From NCBI GenBank assembly GCA_050249615.1, contig JBFWQE010000001.1:35483-99482 (forward strand): a stretch of 64,000 nucleotides of DNA, read 5' to 3'. Below, piece after piece: positions 56,056-64,000 of the stretch. Within the stretch, counting starts at the first letter, position 1. Every line of letters starts with the position of its first letter. The notes under the pieces were generated by a model, which made no database searches, was not told the DNA's origin, and saw only the letters and a list, made by a program, of their open reading frames with translations. Made by a program: the position numbers and the translations under genes. This DNA is from Vicinamibacterales bacterium (GTDB lineage: Bacteria > Acidobacteriota > Vicinamibacteria > Vicinamibacterales > UBA2999).

Positions 56056-56244
56056 CTACTTCGCCTTCTCTCTGAGAATGGTCTTGATGCGCGCCAGGTC
56101 CCGCCGCACGTTCTTGATCTTCCCCGGGGCCTCGAGCTGCCCCAGCGACTTCTGGATGCGCATCCGGAACAGCTGGTCGTCGAGCTCCTGCTCCTTCGCG
56201 CGGAGCCCGTCGACGTCGAGATCCCTCAGCTCCACCGCCTTCAT
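56056..56244 (-). CDS. rpmC: 50S ribosomal protein L29
   Basis: [31 protein letters not shown]. Confidence 0.95.
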   Translation of the reverse strand: MKAVELRDLDVDGLRAKEQELDDQLFRMRIQKSLGQLEAPGKIKNVRRDLARIKTILREKAK

Positions 56245-56666
56245 GACACCTTCTCCTCGGCGAACCGCGTCGCGAACTTCGTCTTGATGGGCAGCTTGGC
56301 CGAGGCCAGCTCCATCGCGCGGCGCGCCTCCGGCTCCGACACCCCCTCCATCTCGAAGAGGATGCGGCCCGGGCGGACCACCATCACCCAGCCCTCGGGC
56401 GCGCCCTTGCCCTTGCCCATGCGCGTCTCCTGGGGCTTCTTCGTGACCGGCTTGTCCGGGAACACCCGCACCCAGATCTTCCCGCCGCGCTTGACGAAGC
56501 GGGTCATCGCCACGCGCGCCGCCTCGATCTGCCGGTCCGTCAGCCAGCAGGGCTCCAGCGCCTTCAGGCCGTAGTCACCGAAGGCCACGTCCGACCCGCG
56601 CCACGCCTTCCCGCGCATCCGCCCGCGCTGCTGCTTGCGGAACTTCACCTTCTTGGGCATCAACAT
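56241..56666 (-). CDS. rplP: 50S ribosomal protein L16
   Basis: [21 protein letters not shown]. Confidence 0.97.
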   Translation of the reverse strand: MLMPKKVKFRKQQRGRMRGKAWRGSDVAFGDYGLKALEPCWLTDRQIEAARVAMTRFVKRGGKIWVRVFPDKPVTKKPQETRMGKGKGAPEGWVMVVRPGRILFEMEGVSEPEARRAMELASAKLPIKTKFATRFAEEKVS

Positions 56667-56698
56667 GATGTCGATCCTTCAGTCTCGATCGGCCCCGA

Positions 56699-57412
56699 TC
56701 AGCCGCGGGCCTCCGGCCTCGGCCGCCGCGGGCCGCGGTCCCGGTCGCCCCGCGGGCCGCCGTACTCCTCTTCGCGCCCGACGCGCGGCGTCAGCCGCTC
56801 ACCCTTGTAGAGCCACACCTTCACGCCGATCTGGCCGTAGGTGGTGCTCGCCTCCGCGAACCCGTAGTCGATGTCCGCCCGCAGGGTCTGCAGCGGCAGC
56901 TGCCCGTGCAGGTACCACTCCGACCGCGCGATCTCCGCGCCGTTCAGCCGGCCGGACACCCGCACCTTGATCCCCCGCGCGCCGAAGCGCAGGGCCGACT
57001 CCACGGCCTTGCGCATCGCCCGGCGGAACGCCACGCGCTTCTCCAGCTGCATGGCCACCGACTCGCCCACCAGCTGGGCGTCGAGCTCCGGCTTCTGGAT
57101 CTCCTGGATGTTGATGAAGACCTCGCGGTTGGTCCGCTTCTGGATCTCCTGCTTCAGCTTGTCGACCTCCTGCCCCTTGCGGCCGATGATGATGCCCGGG
57201 CGCGAGGTGTAGATGTCGATCTTCAGCTTGTTCGCGGCGCGCTCGATCTCGACCTTCGCGACGCCGGCATGCTGGAAGCGCCGCTTCAGGTCGCGCTTGA
57301 GCCGCAGGTCCTCGTGCAGCAGGTCCGCGTATTCCTTGTCGGCGAACCAGCGCGACTTCCAGGTCTTGTTGAATCCGATCCGGAACCCGTACGGGTGAAC
57401 TTTCTGGCCCAC
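56699..57412 (-). CDS. rpsC: 30S ribosomal protein S3 (Arg/Gly-rich C-terminal tail)
   Basis: (V)[26 protein letters not shown] start. Confidence 0.97.
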   Translation of the reverse strand: MGQKVHPYGFRIGFNKTWKSRWFADKEYADLLHEDLRLKRDLKRRFQHAGVAKVEIERAANKLKIDIYTSRPGIIIGRKGQEVDKLKQEIQKRTNREVFINIQEIQKPELDAQLVGESVAMQLEKRVAFRRAMRKAVESALRFGARGIKVRVSGRLNGAEIARSEWYLHGQLPLQTLRADIDYGFAEASTTYGQIGVKVWLYKGERLTPRVGREEEYGGPRGDRDRGPRRPRPEARG

Positions 57413-57424
57413 AGTGATCTCCCT

Positions 57425-57859
57425 TTACGCCTTGGCCGCCGGGGCGGCCTTCTCCGGCCGCGCCCCCGCGCGCCTGGCCGGCTTCCCGGTCCCGGTCCCC
57501 ACCGCCTTGACGACCTGCGGCCGCTCGGTCACCTCGACCGTCAGGTGCGTCGTCCGCTTGACGATGCGGAAGGCCCGGCCCATCGGGGCCGGCCGCACGC
57601 GCTTCATCGACGGGCCGTTGTCGGCGTGGCACTTCGAGACGAAGAGGCGCTCGACCTCCCCGCCGAAGCCTTCCTTCTGCTGCGCGTTGGCCACGGCCGA
57701 GCGCAGCACCTTGGCCACGTCGCGCGCCACCGCCTTGCGGCTGAACTGCAGCGCCGCGAGGGCCTGGTTCACGTCCTTGCCGCGAATGAGGTCCATCACC
57801 AGGCCGGCCTTCTGGGCCGAGGTGCGGACGTACTTCGCCGTTGCCGCTGCCTGCACCAT
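57425..57859 (-). CDS. rplV: 50S ribosomal protein L22 (extended C-terminus)
   Basis: AKYVRTSAQKAGLVMDLIRGKDVNQALAALQFS. Confidence 0.96.
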   Translation of the reverse strand: MVQAAATAKYVRTSAQKAGLVMDLIRGKDVNQALAALQFSRKAVARDVAKVLRSAVANAQQKEGFGGEVERLFVSKCHADNGPSMKRVRPAPMGRAFRIVKRTTHLTVEVTERPQVVKAVGTGTGKPARRAGARPEKAAPAAKA

Positions 57860-57862
57860 GGC

Positions 57863-58165
57863 TTAGCCCTTTCCGCCCGCGGGCGCCGAGGACGCCGACT
57901 TGTCGGCCTTGGCCGCGTGGCCCCGGAACTGCCGCGTCGGCGAGAACTCGCCCAGCTTGTGACCCACCATGTTCTCGGTGACGTAGACCGGCACGAACTT
58001 CCGCCCGTTGTGCACCGCCAGGGTGTGGCCCACCATCTCGGGGATCACCGTCGAGCGGCGCGACCAGGTCTTGACCACCTTCTTCTCGTTGGCGCGGTTC
58101 ATCGCCTCCACCTTCTCGAGCAGGTGGGTGTCGACGAACGGCCCCTTCTTCAGTGAACGGCTCAT
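57863..58165 (-). CDS. rpsS: 30S ribosomal protein S19
   Basis: [19 protein letters not shown]...[16 protein letters not shown]. Confidence 0.97.
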   Translation of the reverse strand: MSRSLKKGPFVDTHLLEKVEAMNRANEKKVVKTWSRRSTVIPEMVGHTLAVHNGRKFVPVYVTENMVGHKLGEFSPTRQFRGHAAKADKSASSAPAGGKG

Positions 58166-58207
58166 ATCAGGTCTCAGGGATCAGGGATCAGGGATCAGGG
58201 ATCGCTC
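58166..58207. repeat. Tandem 7-bp repeat ATCAGGG (4 perfect + 2 degenerate copies) abutting the rpsS start codon
   Basis: atcaggt ctcaggg atcaggg atcaggg atcaggg atcgctc. GGG-ATCA-GGG-ATCA-GGG-ATCA-GGG spans 58177-58200. Four units carry GATC, with two more GATC in the degenerate flank just after them. Confidence 0.95.
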
Positions 58208-58215
58208 GATCCGTC

Positions 58216-59040
58216 CTACTTCGGTCTCCGCTGCACGATGAACGCATCGCTCGGGCGGCGCGTCCGCGTCTTGTACCCCTTCGTCGGCACGCCCCAGGGC
58301 GTCACCGGGTGCCGGCCACCCGAGGTCTTGCCCTCGCCGCCGCCGAGCGGGTGATCCACCGGGTTCATGGCCACGCCGCGCACGTGCGGGCGCTTGCCCA
58401 GCCAGCGGCTGCGGCCCGCCTTGCCGATCGACACGTTCTCGTGATCGAGGTTGCCCACCTGGCCGATCGTGGCGCGGCAGACCTGGGCGATCTTGCGGAT
58501 CTCACCCGAGGGCATCTTCACCGACACGTAGTCGCCTTCCTTGGCCACCACCTGCACGCCGGCCCCGGCGCTGCGCGCGAGCTGGCCGCCCTTGCCGGGC
58601 TTGAGCTCCACGTTGTGCACCATGGTGCCGAGCGGGATGTGGCCGAGCGGCAGGCAGTTGCCCGGCAGAATGTCCACGGCGTCGCCCGCCACGATGGTGT
58701 CGCCCACTTTCAGCCCGAGAGGCTGCAGGATGTATCGCTTCTCGCCGTCGGCGTACGTGACCAGCGCGATGCGCGCCGATCGGTTCGGGTCGTACTCGAT
58801 CGTCGAGACCTTCGCCGGGATGTTCTGCTTGTCCCGCTTGAAGTCGATGATGCGGTACAGCCTTTTGTGGCCGCCGCCGCGCCACCACGACGTCTGCTCG
58901 CCCGTGTTGTTGCGGCCGCCCGACACCTTCGCCGGCTCGGTGAGCGGCTTGTACGGGTGGTCGGTCGTGATGTCGTCGAACGTCTGCACCGTCATCTGGC
59001 GACGGGCAGGCGAGGTCGGCTTGTACTTGCGAATAGGCAT
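58216..59040 (-). CDS. rplB: 50S ribosomal protein L2
   Basis: [18 protein letters not shown]...[18 protein letters not shown]. Confidence 0.97.
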   Translation of the reverse strand: MPIRKYKPTSPARRQMTVQTFDDITTDHPYKPLTEPAKVSGGRNNTGEQTSWWRGGGHKRLYRIIDFKRDKQNIPAKVSTIEYDPNRSARIALVTYADGEKRYILQPLGLKVGDTIVAGDAVDILPGNCLPLGHIPLGTMVHNVELKPGKGGQLARSAGAGVQVVAKEGDYVSVKMPSGEIRKIAQVCRATIGQVGNLDHENVSIGKAGRSRWLGKRPHVRGVAMNPVDHPLGGGEGKTSGGRHPVTPWGVPTKGYKTRTRRPSDAFIVQRRPK

Positions 59041-59043
59041 CGG

Positions 59044-59334
59044 TTATGCCCCTTCCAGGAAGTCCGGCAGCTTCTGGCCGGCCTTCAGCGTGACGTAGGC
59101 CTTCTTCCAGTCGGAGCGCCGGCCGACGAACCGGCCCTGGCGCTTCAGCTTGCCCTGCGTGTTCGCGGTGCGGACGCCGTCGACCTTGGCGCCGAGCAGC
59201 TTCTCGACCGCCCGCTTGACGTCGATCTTGTTGGCGGCGCGCGCCACCTCGAACACCACGGTCCTGCCGTCCTCGCGGAGCAGCGTGGTCTTCTCGGTGA
59301 CGAGCGGCCGGCGAATCACATCGGTGAGTTTCAT
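59044..59334 (-). CDS. rplW: 50S ribosomal protein L23
   Basis: VIRRPLVTEKTTLLREDGRTVVFEVARAANK. Confidence 0.96.
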   Translation of the reverse strand: MKLTDVIRRPLVTEKTTLLREDGRTVVFEVARAANKIDVKRAVEKLLGAKVDGVRTANTQGKLKRQGRFVGRRSDWKKAYVTLKAGQKLPDFLEGA

Positions 59335-59369
59335 CTCAGCTCTCAGCTTTCAGCGTCCGGGTCCGCGCG
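59335..59369. repeat. Period-7 array (CTCAGCT x2 + 3 degenerate units) = the entire 35-nt rplD-rplW spacer
   Basis: ctcagct ctcagct ttcagcg tccgggt ccgcgcg. That is exactly 5 x 7 nt between stop and start codons. Confidence 0.65.
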
Positions 59370-59990
59370 CTACGCCAGCGCGGCTTCCAGCTTCTCCAGC
59401 GCCGCCTGCGTCACCACCACCGTCCGGGTGCCGGCGACATCGCGCGCGGTGACGCGGTTGCTCGGCAGCAGGGCCACGCCCGGCACGTTGCGGACCGACA
59501 GGGCCAGCTTCTCGTCCGGCCGCACGTCCACCAGCAGCGCCTTGCCATTCACGCCCATCGTCTTCAGCATGCCCACCGCGGCCTTCGTCTTGACCTCGGC
59601 GGCCGCCAGCGCGTCCACCACGATGAGGGCGCCGCCCTGGATCTTCTCGGCGAGCGCCGCGCGGAGCGCGCCCTTCTCCACCTTCTTCGGCAGCTGGTAC
59701 TCGTAGCTCCGCGGCTGCGGACCGAACACCGTGCCGCCCTTGCGCCACAGCGGATTGCGGATCTCGCCCACGCGGGCGCGACCCGTGCCCTTCTGGCGCC
59801 ACGGCTTCTTGCCGCTGCCGCTCACGAGCGCGCGGTTCTTCGTGGCGTGCGTGCCGCGCCGCTCGGCGGCGTTGGCGCGGACCACGGACTCGTGGATCAG
59901 GTCCGTCTTCACGCGCCCGCCGAACACCTCGTCGCTGACCGACACGGTGCCGACCTTCTGGTTCTGTGCGTTGACCACATCTACGGTCAT
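59370..59990 (-). CDS. rplD: 50S ribosomal protein L4
   Basis: [24 protein letters not shown]...[13 protein letters not shown] prefer ATG 59988-59990 over the upstream TTG used by the ORF track. Confidence 0.95.
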   Translation of the reverse strand: MTVDVVNAQNQKVGTVSVSDEVFGGRVKTDLIHESVVRANAAERRGTHATKNRALVSGSGKKPWRQKGTGRARVGEIRNPLWRKGGTVFGPQPRSYEYQLPKKVEKGALRAALAEKIQGGALIVVDALAAAEVKTKAAVGMLKTMGVNGKALLVDVRPDEKLALSVRNVPGVALLPSNRVTARDVAGTRTVVVTQAALEKLEAALA

Positions 59991-60044
59991 CGTCGTATCC
60001 CTGCTCGCCAATCGTTCTGGTTACACAGTCGCGGCCAGCCGCCT

Positions 60045-60071
60045 CATCTGCGTCATCGGCGCCATCTGTGT
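60045..60071. repeat. Three tandem 9-mers of the CATCTGCGY family next to the rplC stop
   Basis: catctgcgt catcggcgc catctgtgt. This is the same unit family as the 43102-43190 array. Confidence 0.6.
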
Positions 60072-60072
60072 T

Positions 60073-60753
60073 CTACTTCTTGCCCTTCTTGGGCTTCTCC
60101 TGGAGCTGCGGCTGGGGCTCCGGCTTGGCGGCAACCGCCTTCCGGATGACCACGTACCCGCCGTTGGCCCCGGGCACCGCGCCCTTGACCAGCAGCAGGT
60201 TGTTCTCCGCGTCCACCTTCAGCACCTTCAGGTTGCGCACCGTCACCCGGTCCACGCCCATGTGGCCGTGCGCGCGCATGCCGGGCAGCACCCGCGAGGG
60301 GTACGACGAGGCGCCGATGGAGCCCGGGGCGCGGTGGAACATCGATCCGTGCGTCTTGTCGCCGCCCCCGAAGTGATGGCGCTTGACGACGCCCTGGAAG
60401 CCGTGGCCCTTGCTCGTGCCGACCACGTCCACGCGCTCGCCCTGGTTGAAGATCGACACCAGGACCTGCGCGCCCGGCGCCGGCGCCTCGGCCCCCTTCG
60501 CCACCCGCACCTCGCGGCGCACGCGGGTCGCGGGCACGTTGGCCTTCCTGAAGTGGCCCGCCGTGGGCTTGTTCGCCTTGTACCGGCCCTCGACGAAGCC
60601 GATCTGGACCGCCTCGTAGCCGTCGGTCTGCGCGGTCTTCGCCTGGACGACGACACACGGCCCCGCCTGGAGCACGGTCGCCGGTTCCAGCGTCCCGTCC
60701 TCGAGGAAGAGCTGCGTCATGCCGACTTTCTTCCCGATGATTCCAGTCACCAT
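60073..60753 (-). CDS. rplC: 50S ribosomal protein L3 (Lys/Pro-rich C-terminal tail)
   Basis: [13 protein letters not shown]...[16 protein letters not shown]. Confidence 0.97.
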   Translation of the reverse strand: MVTGIIGKKVGMTQLFLEDGTLEPATVLQAGPCVVVQAKTAQTDGYEAVQIGFVEGRYKANKPTAGHFRKANVPATRVRREVRVAKGAEAPAPGAQVLVSIFNQGERVDVVGTSKGHGFQGVVKRHHFGGGDKTHGSMFHRAPGSIGASSYPSRVLPGMRAHGHMGVDRVTVRNLKVLKVDAENNLLLVKGAVPGANGGYVVIRKAVAAKPEPQPQLQEKPKKGKK

Positions 60754-60765
60754 GTCGGTCTCGCC

Positions 60766-61095
<330 letters not shown>

Positions 61096-61103
61096 CTCTG
61101 ATC

Positions 61104-61138
61104 CTTGTCGGGAGTCGGGAGTCGGGAGTCGGGAGTCG
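61104..61138. repeat. Tandem 7-bp repeat GGAGTCG (4 perfect + 1 degenerate copy) upstream of rpsJ
   Basis: cttgtcg ggagtcg ggagtcg ggagtcg ggagtcg. GGG-AGTC-GGG-AGTC-GGG-AGTC-GGG spans 61110-61133. Confidence 0.95.
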
Positions 61139-61173
61139 GCTGACTCGTCGTGTCCCGCGACCGGCGCTCCCCG

Positions 61174-63285
61174 CTACTTCGTCCCCTGCACCCTCGCGAT
61201 GACTTCCTCGCTCACGTTGCTCGGCGCCTGCTCGTACCGATCGAAGTGCATCGAGTAGGTGGCGCGCCCCTGCGTGCGCGACCTGAGGTCGGTCGCGTAG
61301 CCGAACATCTCGCTGAGCGGCACCCGGGCCGAGATGATCTCGGTGCCGCCGCGGTTCTCCTGCGCCTGGATGCGGCCCCGGCGCGACGCCAGGTTGCCCA
61401 TCACGTCGCCCAGGTAGTCCTTCGGGCAGACCACTTCCACCCGCATGATGGGCTCCATCAGCACGGGCTTCGCCTTCTTCGCCGCGTCCTGGAACGCCAT
61501 CGACCCGGCAATCTTGAAGGCCATTTCCGACGAGTCGACCTCGTGGAACGACCCGTCGTAGAGCTCGATCCGCACGTCGTCGATCGGGTAGCCGGCGAGC
61601 ACCCCGCGCGTGAGCGCCTCCTGGATGCCCTGGTCGATCGGCTTGATGTACTCCTTGGGGATCGCGCCGCCCACGATCTCGTTCTCGAACTGGTAGCCCG
61701 TGCCAGGCGGCAGCGGGACCAGCCGAATCTTCGCCTCGCCGAACTGGCCGCGACCGCCCGTCTGGCGGACGAACCGCCCGTGCCCCTCGGCCGGCGCCGT
61801 GAGCGTCTCCTTGTAGGCCACCTGCGGCTTGCCCACCGTGGCCTCGACGCCGAACTCGCGCTTGAGGCGGTCCACGATGATCTCGAGGTGGAGCTCGCCC
61901 ATGCCGCGGATCACCACCTGGCCGGTCTGCTCGTCCGTCGCGACGCGGAAGGTGGGGTCCTCGCCCATCAGCTTGCTCATGCCCTGGCCCAGCTTCTCCT
62001 GGTCGGCCTTCGTCTTCGGCTCGATGGCGAGCGAGATAACCGGCTCGGGGAACTCCATGGACTCGAGCAGGACGGGCTTCTTGTCGTCGCAGAGGGTGTC
62101 GCCGGTCGTGACCGACTTGAGGCCCACGGCCGCGGCGATGTCGCCGGCATGGACCTCCTTGATCTCCTCGCGCTTGTTGGCGTGCATCTTGAGGAGACGG
62201 CCCACGCGCTCGGTCTTGCCCTTCGTGGAGTTGAGGACCGAGGACCCCGCGTTGAGCGTGCCGGAGTACACGCGGAAGAACGTGAGCTGGCCGACGAACG
62301 GGTCGGTCATGATCTTGAACGCCAGCGCCGCGAACGGCTCCTTGTCATCGGCCCGGCGCTCGATGAGGGCGTCCTCGTCCTTCGCATTCGGGTCGGTGCC
62401 CGTGACCGGCGGGATGTCGGTGGGCGACGGCAGGAAGTCCACCACCGCGTCGAGCATCGGCTGCACGCCCTTGTTCTTGAACGCCGACCCGCAGATGACG
62501 GGCACGAACGGCGCGTCCTCCTTACGGACCGACTCGATGACGCGCTTGCGGAGGGCGACCTTGATCTCGTCGATCGTGATGGCCTCGCCGCCCAGGTACT
62601 TCTCGAGCAGCTTGTCGTCGGCCTCGCTCACCTTCTCGATGAGCTTCTCGCGGTAGGCCTGCGCCTCGGCCATCATGTCGGCCGGGATCTCGCCGACGAT
62701 GTAGTCGGCGCCCATCGTCTCGTCCTTGTAGGTGAGCGACCGCATGCCGATGAGGTCCACCACGCCCTTGAACTTGTCCTCGGCGCCGATGGGCAGCTGG
62801 ATGGCGACGGGGTTGCCCTGCAGCTTCGACTCGATCTGGGAGAGGCACGCCTTGAAGTCGGCCCCGATGCGGTCCATCTTGTTCACGAAGCAGACGCGCG
62901 GGACGCGGTACTTGTCGGCCTGACGCCACACCGTCTCGGACTGCGGCTCCACACCAGACACCGCGTCGAACACCGCCACGGCGCCGTCGAGCACGCGCAG
63001 CGAGCGTTCGACCTCGACCGTGAAGTCCACGTGGCCCGGCGTGTCGATGATGTTGATCCGGTGATCGCGCCAGAAGCACGTGGTCGCCGCCGACGTGATC
63101 GTGATGCCACGCTCCTGCTCCTGCTCCATCCAGTCCATCACCGCGGTGCCTTCGTGCACCTCGCCGATCTTGTAGGTGATGCCGGTATAGAACAGGATGC
63201 GCTCGGTCGTGGTCGTCTTGCCGGCATCGATGTGGGCCATGATGCCGATGTTGCGCGTCCGTTCGAGTGGAGCTTGGCGAGCCAT
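61174..63285 (-). CDS. fusA: Elongation factor G (canonical)
   Basis: [27 protein letters not shown], and the full five-domain sequence. Located in the str-operon position after rpsG. Confidence 0.97.
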   Translation of the reverse strand: MARQAPLERTRNIGIMAHIDAGKTTTTERILFYTGITYKIGEVHEGTAVMDWMEQEQERGITITSAATTCFWRDHRINIIDTPGHVDFTVEVERSLRVLDGAVAVFDAVSGVEPQSETVWRQADKYRVPRVCFVNKMDRIGADFKACLSQIESKLQGNPVAIQLPIGAEDKFKGVVDLIGMRSLTYKDETMGADYIVGEIPADMMAEAQAYREKLIEKVSEADDKLLEKYLGGEAITIDEIKVALRKRVIESVRKEDAPFVPVICGSAFKNKGVQPMLDAVVDFLPSPTDIPPVTGTDPNAKDEDALIERRADDKEPFAALAFKIMTDPFVGQLTFFRVYSGTLNAGSSVLNSTKGKTERVGRLLKMHANKREEIKEVHAGDIAAAVGLKSVTTGDTLCDDKKPVLLESMEFPEPVISLAIEPKTKADQEKLGQGMSKLMGEDPTFRVATDEQTGQVVIRGMGELHLEIIVDRLKREFGVEATVGKPQVAYKETLTAPAEGHGRFVRQTGGRGQFGEAKIRLVPLPPGTGYQFENEIVGGAIPKEYIKPIDQGIQEALTRGVLAGYPIDDVRIELYDGSFHEVDSSEMAFKIAGSMAFQDAAKKAKPVLMEPIMRVEVVCPKDYLGDVMGNLASRRGRIQAQENRGGTEIISARVPLSEMFGYATDLRSRTQGRATYSMHFDRYEQAPSNVSEEVIARVQGTK

Positions 63286-63358
63286 GTGCGTCAGTTCAAC
63301 GAGACAGGGTCAACGTTCGGAGTTCAAGAGTTCAAAGTCCAGCGCTCGAAGCGACGCG

Positions 63359-63832
63359 CTACCAGCGGTAGTGCGCGAAGGCCTTGTTGGCCTCGGCCAT
63401 CCGGTGCGTGTCCTCGCGCTTCTTCACGGCGCCGCCGCGGAGGTTGGCCGCGTCGAGCAGCTCGTTGGCCAGCTTCTCCTGCATCGTCTTGCCGTCGCCG
63501 CGCGACCGCGCGTAGCTGACCAGCCAGCGGATGCTGAGCGAGAGCCGGCGGTTCGGGTTCACCTCGATGGGCACCTGGTAGTTCGAGCCGCCCACGCGCC
63601 GCGACTTCACCTCGAGGGCCGGCTTCACGTTGTCCACGGCCTTCTTGAAGATCTTCAGCGGGTCGTCGCCCGAGCGCTCCTTGATGATGTCGAAGCTCTG
63701 ATAGAGGATGCGCTCCGCCGTCGAGCGGCGCCCCTCCAGCATGATGGTGTTGATGAACTTCGTCACCAGCGGGCTCCCGTAGAGGGCGTCCGGGGGCAGT
63801 TCACGCTTCGCGATTTCTCGTCTACGCGGCAT
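63359..63832 (-). CDS. rpsG: 30S ribosomal protein S7
   Basis: [28 protein letters not shown]...AFAHYRW. Confidence 0.97.
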   Translation of the reverse strand: MPRRREIAKRELPPDALYGSPLVTKFINTIMLEGRRSTAERILYQSFDIIKERSGDDPLKIFKKAVDNVKPALEVKSRRVGGSNYQVPIEVNPNRRLSLSIRWLVSYARSRGDGKTMQEKLANELLDAANLRGGAVKKREDTHRMAEANKAFAHYRW

Positions 63833-63840
63833 ACAGAAGA

Positions 63841-63884
63841 TCCTGAGGTCTTGGGTCCTGGGTCCTGGGTCTTGGGGCCTGGGG
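63841..63884. repeat. Tandem 7-bp repeat GTC(C/T)TGG, about 6 copies, between the rpsL stop and the rpsG start
   Basis: tcctgag gtcttgg gtcctgg gtcctgg gtcttgg ggcctgg gg. Five G3-4 runs span 63853-63884, and the array ends at the rpsL stop codon. Confidence 0.9.
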
Positions 63885-64000
63885 CTACTGCTTCGGCCTC
63901 TTCGCGCCGTACTTCGAGCGGCCCTGCTTGCGGCCCTGGACGCCTACGGCGTCGAGCGTGCCGCGCACGACGTGATAGCGCACGCCGGGCAGGTCCTTCA
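63885..64000 (-). CDS. rpsL: 30S ribosomal protein S12, C-terminal part (gene continues beyond the window end)
   Basis: My hand translation gives ...[37 protein letters not shown]. Confidence 0.9.
   Translation of the reverse strand, partial: KDLPGVRYHVVRGTLDAVGVQGRKQGRSKYGAKRPKQ

Overview
This is a visibly GC-rich bacterial chromosomal window (GC not computed). I see no rRNA, tRNA, CRISPR array, transposase or integrase. The taxon is probably Acidobacteriota, an inference from a 'VWFA-related acidobacterial domain' type protein, orphan MacB/FtsX-type permeases and very high GC.

Layout:
- 0-14.9 kb: housekeeping genes. These are an M48 protease, a DUF4097-like lipoprotein, smc, an S41 protease, tatA-tatC, an OmpA-family protein, proS, nadB and aroB.
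- 14.9-36.1 kb: one long minus-strand type IV pilus supercluster. Its order is OM barrel, pilB, pilT, pilC, pilS, pilR, secreted hydrolase, pilA, VKOR-DsbA fusion, ABC ATPase, ABC-2 permease, helical-repeat membrane protein, pilD, second sensor kinase, three minor pilins, secreted coiled-coil protein, second sigma-54 regulator. As I recall it, this closely resembles the Myxococcus pil locus, with several non-canonical insertions.
- 36.2-45 kb: a Yip1-like protein, a MacA-like adaptor, two MacB-type permeases with no ATPase, an EF-G paralog with a degenerate G domain, and a VWA protein.
- 45.3-64 kb: the complete alpha/spc/S10/str ribosomal block (rplQ through rpsL) on the minus strand.

The structure least explained by gene annotation is a family of 7-, 8- and 9-bp head-to-tail tandem repeat arrays. 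They fill intergenic spacers, often running exactly from stop codon to start codon, and seven of them sit inside the ribosomal-protein operons. Three of those seven are canonical G3N4 x4 quadruplex motifs on the template strand. All calls come from reading the supplied translations and the sequence by eye; no database search was possible.
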